Assembly (NCBI GenBank): GCA_964507625.1
Contig: CAZDPR010000002.1
Span: forward strand, 368 to 64,367
From: an uncultured Candidatus Saccharibacteria bacterium
Lineage (GTDB): Bacteria > Patescibacteriota > Minisyncoccia > Phycocordibacterales > UBA1006
Length of the DNA: 64,000 nt
Direction of reading: 5' to 3'
The translations under genes were made by a program, and so were the position numbers. Of this stretch, positions 59,446 through 64,000 are shown piece by piece. The notes beneath the pieces were generated by a model. The model worked only from the letters and a program-made list of their open reading frames with translations, made no database searches and was not told the DNA's origin. Each line of letters begins with the position of its first letter. Within the stretch, counting starts at the first letter, position 1.

Positions 59446-59575
59446 ATTTCCTGAAACATATGTAATGATTAAAAACTTAAACCATAATAACTCTTGTCAA
59501 AAAAAATTAATTGATTATATTACCAGCCTTATCATACATTGTTCGCCTATTTAAAATACCAAGTATCTCCTTTTC

Positions 59576-59821
59576 CTAAAGATGGGTTAATTCGATTTTT
59601 TGATCATTAGTAAGCACGTGACTATTAGTAATAGTATTCATGATTTCGTGTGCACTAGCATTTTTTGCTTCTTGCAATTCAAGTACCCCTATATGATTTC
59701 GCATACCAGAAAAATTTGATTCAAGGATATTTTTAAATTCTATTATTTTATTTCTCAAATCATCATATGTTTTTTTGTTGAGATTTTCGGCACTAATTTT
59801 TATTTGGAATCCTTCATTCAT
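59576..59821 (-). CDS. hypothetical protein, possibly cut by a premature TAG
   Basis: MNEGFQIK...; frame stays open for 22 codons past the TAG (EKEILGILNRRTMYDKAGNIIN). Confidence 0.45.
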   Translation of the reverse strand: MNEGFQIKISAENLNKKTYDDLRNKIIEFKNILESNFSGMRNHIGVLELQEAKNASAHEIMNTITNSHVLTNDQKIELTHL

Positions 59822-60009
59822 ATATTTTGTAGAATTATTTAGTAATATGATAATTATAATACATATGTTAATTTTTGTATAATAGTATTGAAATACTATT
59901 TTTATGGAAATAAAATAATCTAAGTCTATTTCCAATATAGAAAAAACATATAAAACTTCTACTTTACAAGATTTTTCTATAAATCACATAAAAACACCAA
60001 AGGGTGTTT

Positions 60010-60942
60010 TTATTTTGTAAGATATTTGCGAATTGCAAAAATACTTGATAATGCACCGAGAATAATTCCTACAATGAGTAAAATAATAAAGATTTGTAAG
60101 AAATTATCGCCATAATATTTTATAAGTGACAATCCACCGAAAAATCCAGTGGTATATTTTGAAACCCATAGAGTAATTGGGAATAAAATAATAGTGGTAG
60201 CGACTGCAGCAAAAACTCCAGATAATATACCCTCCACCATAAATGGTCCTTGAATATATTTATTTTCAGCTCCAACTAATCGCATAATACTAATTTCTTC
60301 TCGTGCGCTATAAATCGCCATACGAATTGTGTTCAGGGTTACTACAATAGAAATCGCAATAAATACAATAGTGAGCGCAAAACCGATTTGTTTTACAGTT
60401 GCCGTAACATCAGTTAATCGACTAATAATTTCTTTATTTTGATAGTAATTTACCTTTTCAATGAGTGAAAGATTTACAGAAGAGTCAGATACATTTGATC
60501 CATCCAAAAATTGTACAATGGTTTCATATTGACCTGGGTTTTGTGCGCGCACATTGAGTGCTGCTCCGAATGGATTTGATCCTAATTCGTCCAATGCTTG
60601 GATTGTCAGGTAATCAGCTTGGTTTCGTTCGCGGAAATCAATAAGTGACTGATCGCGTGAAATATATTCCACTGCAGCAACTTCTGGGAGCCCTTCCAAA
60701 GCTGTTTGAATCGCTAATACTTGTGTTTCAGGTGCGCTCGGATAAAAATAAATATTTACATCTACTTTACTTTCTATATTGCTAACCGTAAAAGAAAGAA
60801 TTGCATTCAAAAAAATAGTAGACCCGATTACCAGTAATGTGATACACATCATTACTACTGAAGCAATCGAAACAAATGTGTTTCGATAAAAATTAATCAA
60901 TCCTGATTTAATAATTCGTTTGATATCGTTCGTAAAGCTCAT
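60010..60942 (-). CDS. ftsX: cell division permease FtsX
   Basis: NTIRMAIYSAREEISIMRLVGA...PFMVEG; adjacent to ftsE. Confidence 0.92.
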   Translation of the reverse strand: MSFTNDIKRIIKSGLINFYRNTFVSIASVVMMCITLLVIGSTIFLNAILSFTVSNIESKVDVNIYFYPSAPETQVLAIQTALEGLPEVAAVEYISRDQSLIDFRERNQADYLTIQALDELGSNPFGAALNVRAQNPGQYETIVQFLDGSNVSDSSVNLSLIEKVNYYQNKEIISRLTDVTATVKQIGFALTIVFIAISIVVTLNTIRMAIYSAREEISIMRLVGAENKYIQGPFMVEGILSGVFAAVATTIILFPITLWVSKYTTGFFGGLSLIKYYGDNFLQIFIILLIVGIILGALSSIFAIRKYLTK

Positions 60943-60950
60943 ATAGGTTA

Positions 60951-61658
60951 TTATTCATCCTGGACAACTTTTTTTGTTGCTCCATGATATTTTCCATTTA
61001 ATTCATCACTAATAATACGACCGTGATCCAAAGTAATTACTCGTTTTCCGAGTCCATCCACTACACTTTTGCTGTGTGTGGTGAGTAATACAGTAGTTCC
61101 TAGGTCATTAATTTTTTTCAAAATACCAATTACCTCAGCTGTTGCTACCGGGTCGAGATTTCCTGTAGGTTCATCGGCAATAATTAATTCTGGTTGATTA
61201 ATAATTGCTCGCGCAATTGCCAAGCGTTGTTTTTCACCTCCTGACATTTCATGAGGAAAATCATAAGCTTTATGTGACAATCCTACCAATTCTAATGCAT
61301 ATGGAACATCGGTAATAATTTCATCATCTGTTTTTCCTGCAACCTCCATGGCAAATGCTACATTTTCATATGCAGTTTTATTTGTGAGCAATCGATAATC
61401 TTGAAATATAACACCGATCCTCCGTCGATATGCAGTTAAATCAGAACCCTTTAGCTTACTAATATCCTGATCTTCAAAAAAAATAGTCCCATTAGTTAAT
61501 TTTGTTTCTGCTAACAATAATCGCATAAGACTGGTTTTCCCCGCGCCACTATGACCGACCACACAGACAAATTCACCGCGTTCAATAGTGAGATCCATAT
61601 TCGTAATAGAAAGATCTTTATCAGTGTAATGTTTTGTCACATTGTTAAAATAAATCAT
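60951..61658 (-). CDS. ftsE: cell division ATP-binding protein FtsE
   Basis: GHSGAGKT, RRRIGVIFQDYRLL, DEPTGNLD. Confidence 0.93.
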   Translation of the reverse strand: MIYFNNVTKHYTDKDLSITNMDLTIERGEFVCVVGHSGAGKTSLMRLLLAETKLTNGTIFFEDQDISKLKGSDLTAYRRRIGVIFQDYRLLTNKTAYENVAFAMEVAGKTDDEIITDVPYALELVGLSHKAYDFPHEMSGGEKQRLAIARAIINQPELIIADEPTGNLDPVATAEVIGILKKINDLGTTVLLTTHSKSVVDGLGKRVITLDHGRIISDELNGKYHGATKKVVQDE

Positions 61659-61889
61659 ATAGACTCAAGTATACCGTGCACGCTACACCATTGGCAAGCA
61701 AGTTATGCACAGGTCCAATAATTTCTATGAATACAAAAAAGACAGCGGGAAATGATCGACATTTCCCGCTGTCGCTTGAAAAACTACTCTTTTTCCGTAT
61801 ACTAAATTTTACGACCCTAAATCAATTGATTTAGGGTCATCGCTCCTTGGAAATAAAAGAAAAGATTTCTTTTATTCCTCTCAGAGCTT

Positions 61890-61961
61890 GGCCCTATCGT
61901 CTATCGGTTAGGACGCATCCTTCTCAAGGATGAAAGCCGGGTTCAATTCCCGGTAGGGTCA
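61890..61961 (+). tRNA. tRNA-Glu(CTC), CCA not encoded
   Basis: Acceptor GGCCCTA/TAGGGTC, anticodon arm CATCC-TTCTCAA-GGATG, GGTTCAATTCC. Confidence 0.93.
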
Positions 61962-62082
61962 CAGAGTCGAGTGCTAGTTCGAGCGCTCGAGAATGGTTGT
62001 TTTTTATAAAAAAACTGACTATATTTATAGTCAGTTTACATAAGGATTATTACATTTCAATGCAGAACTTGAGTTATCGTTT

Positions 62083-62424
62083 TTAACAACCAAAGAACAT
62101 TAGCTTTAAAGAGAGATATCTTATTCTAGAACATTTTTCTATCCACTGATTTAGGGATTTCCTCAAGTTGTCTGGAATTTCTTTGGCTAAATCACTTAAA
62201 GTCTCGTCATTCCATATTGGGTCAGCGTAATTCCAACTTGATTTAATGAGTAATTCTTTGTAGCGCAAAAGATATTGCTGATAACGAGAATCATCTTTAG
62301 TGTCTTTAATAGCAGCCCAAACCACTTCAAGATTTCTAGCATTATCTTCTAAAAAATCTCTGAGCTCATCTTTACTAGATTGCAGGTTTGATAACAACCC
62401 ACGAATTTCATACTTATTTTCCAT
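62083..62424 (-). CDS. hypothetical helical protein
   Basis: 113-aa ORF with own promoter, flanked by imperfect direct repeats. Confidence 0.6.
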   Translation of the reverse strand: MENKYEIRGLLSNLQSSKDELRDFLEDNARNLEVVWAAIKDTKDDSRYQQYLLRYKELLIKSSWNYADPIWNDETLSDLAKEIPDNLRKSLNQWIEKCSRIRYLSLKLMFFGC

Positions 62425-62636
62425 ATTTATTTGTTTAAGTTACAAAATTATTTTTTAAACATTATATCAAATATTCATTTTTTGTAAAGTATTTGCTCGA
62501 CGCTCGAGAAGGGTCGTTTCTGCTATACTGAAAAGGTCAAGAAAGCCTTGTGGTGCAATGCGTCCTTGGGTCGCATCTCGATTAGGCTCACCTAAAGAAA
62601 CTAAAAAACCGCTTACTTACGATTGCGGTTTTTTAT

Positions 62637-63059
62637 TTAATCACTACTGCGTCCAATATATAACAACAATAACGCATACACCAAATGATCATCTACTAAT
62701 GGATTATTTTCTGGCCACAAAAGCGCTAAATACATTAAAACTAGCATCACTGCACCTGCTAACGCTCCCCATTTTACATATCGATGAATTAGTAAGGTTA
62801 TCCCTACGAACAATAATCCAGCCATAAACACCCAATCAACCCAGAACTGCCCTGCTAACCCAGAAAAAAATGATGCGAACGGCCCCTGAACAGCGTTCGT
62901 TAAAAATCCAGTAGTAGGTGAGCCTCCATTAATCCATGCATTAGATTGTAGTGTCGCAAACCCTAATCCAAAAGTTTTATCCAAAAAGGCCCAGAAAAAA
63001 ATAAACCCCATTGATAATCGTAAACTAGCAAGTAAAAAAGAGTGTGAAAAGATTTTCAT
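62637..63059 (-). CDS. DoxX/TQO small-subunit-like membrane protein
   Basis: LRLSMGFIFFWAFLDK.FG, W..GGSPT.GFL, NPLVDDH. Confidence 0.85.
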   Translation of the reverse strand: MKIFSHSFLLASLRLSMGFIFFWAFLDKTFGLGFATLQSNAWINGGSPTTGFLTNAVQGPFASFFSGLAGQFWVDWVFMAGLLFVGITLLIHRYVKWGALAGAVMLVLMYLALLWPENNPLVDDHLVYALLLLYIGRSSD

Positions 63060-63100
63060 AAAATAATTATATAATGCAAAAATTTTTTTTGCAATATAAA

Positions 63101-64000
63101 TTACCGTAAAAAATTTTTATCACGCATTTTTGTATGATATCCAATAGCAAACCGATGCGCTTCACTGTTTACAAGTAAAATTTCTTTTTTATATTGTTTG
63201 ATAATTTTTTCATTACCAATAATTGCTTTTGGTTTATGTCGATCATCTTTCACTACTGCGACAACGGGAATAATCGCTCCTATTTTTTTTACAATTTCTG
63301 TCGCATAACGATGATGTACTTCCCCACCATCCACTACAATTAATTGTGGAAATTTCCATTCTGTATGTGTAAACCTTCGTTCTAATATTTCCTGTAAACT
63401 TGCTAAATCATGAATTGATCCGTTAGTAAGTTTTTTTATTTTAAATTTTCGATAACTTGACTTGTCAACGTAACCATGTTCAACAACCGTCATTACCCCT
63501 ACGGTACTTTGTCCAGATAAATGAGCAATATCGTAACTTTCAATTCTAAAGCTATTTTCTGTTTCTTCATTGTAAAAATCTCTTTTAATTAGTGACACAT
63601 CATTAATATGTTCTAATGCGTATAATTGTTTTTTAATATGACTCGCTTGTTCAAATTGTTGTTTTTTTGCGTGGTAGCGCATTTGTTTTTCCAGTTCACG
63701 AATCACACCTTTTTTATTGCCTTCTAAAAATTTTACAATGTTTCCAACAGTTTTCAAATAAGTTTTTTGTGTTTCTGCATTGGTCGCATCTGGAGCAAGT
63801 GATAACTGTTGATAAAACCGATCATGCACCGGATTATGACTTTTCAAATCTCGATAGGGAAAAATTTTTCTCACAATTTTTAATCCTGCCAGCAATGATG
63901 AATAACTAGGAAAAGGTCCGAAAGTGTGTTTTATTTTTACTGATAACAATGCAATTTGTTTTTGAATCTGGAGTGTTCGTCCACGCACAACACCAATTCT
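63101..64000 (-). CDS. uvrC: excinuclease UvrC-like protein, 3' part (5' end outside window)
   Basis: FGPFP, UVR domain, RIESYDIAH, DGG, EAHRFAI. Confidence 0.88.
   Translation of the reverse strand, partial: RIGVVRGRTLQIQKQIALLSVKIKHTFGPFPSYSSLLAGLKIVRKIFPYRDLKSHNPVHDRFYQQLSLAPDATNAETQKTYLKTVGNIVKFLEGNKKGVIRELEKQMRYHAKKQQFEQASHIKKQLYALEHINDVSLIKRDFYNEETENSFRIESYDIAHLSGQSTVGVMTVVEHGYVDKSSYRKFKIKKLTNGSIHDLASLQEILERRFTHTEWKFPQLIVVDGGEVHHRYATEIVKKIGAIIPVVAVVKDDRHKPKAIIGNEKIIKQYKKEILLVNSEAHRFAIGYHTKMRDKNFLR

Larger units (their letters stand above)
40000..59450. mobile_element. composite tRNA-adjacent genomic island (defence, SAM supply, mutagenesis, copper resistance)
   Basis: Begins after tRNA-Gln; contains an intact and a decayed serine recombinase plus accessory genes; core genes resume at ftsX. 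Right boundary approximate. Confidence 0.8.

Noticed and set aside
59100-59459. 119-aa minus-strand ORF
   Set aside because: Overlaps a terminator and the structured element B; no recognisable domain; probably spurious
59507-59578. Stop-codon reassignment suggested by the open frame past a TAG
   Set aside because: Conserved genes such as pheT end normally at TAG and no core gene is interrupted by TGA; a single nonsense mutation is simpler
375-63909. Many short ORFs antisense to or overlapping conserved genes
   Set aside because: Shadow frames of well-supported genes, without motifs or expression signals
1-64000. CRISPR array, cas genes, rRNA, reverse transcriptase or IS transposase
   Set aside because: No regularly spaced repeats or matching protein motifs were seen

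Overview
AT-rich bacterial chromosome segment. Gene content and streamlined proteins (short PheS, PheT and AspS, no visible Shine-Dalgarno motifs) suggest Patescibacteria/CPR, probably Parcubacteria; this taxonomy is inference. Positions 1-39.9 kb and 60-64 kb hold housekeeping genes for translation, cell wall/division and repair. Gene orientation flips from + to - at about 20.3 kb, exactly where a palindromic dif-like site lies, so the window probably spans the replication terminus. Downstream of tRNA-Gln(CTG) is a composite island of about 19.5 kb (40.0-59.5 kb). It carries an XRE controller with a type III-like Mod/Res pair, a large serine recombinase, a compact metK under a clear SAM-I riboswitch, a LexA/DinB cassette with a visible operator, a ParB-DNA methyltransferase with a ~310-nt structured upstream RNA, a GIY-YIG nuclease, a CsoR-regulated copper cluster and a decayed second recombinase. 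The main candidates for novelty are (i) a riboswitch-controlled SAM supply module among SAM-consuming methylation/defence genes, (ii) two paralogous promoter-plus-structured-RNA elements at 53.5 and 59.1 kb, and (iii) the structured RNA upstream of the ParB-methyltransferase. All calls were made by eye; no database searches were run.
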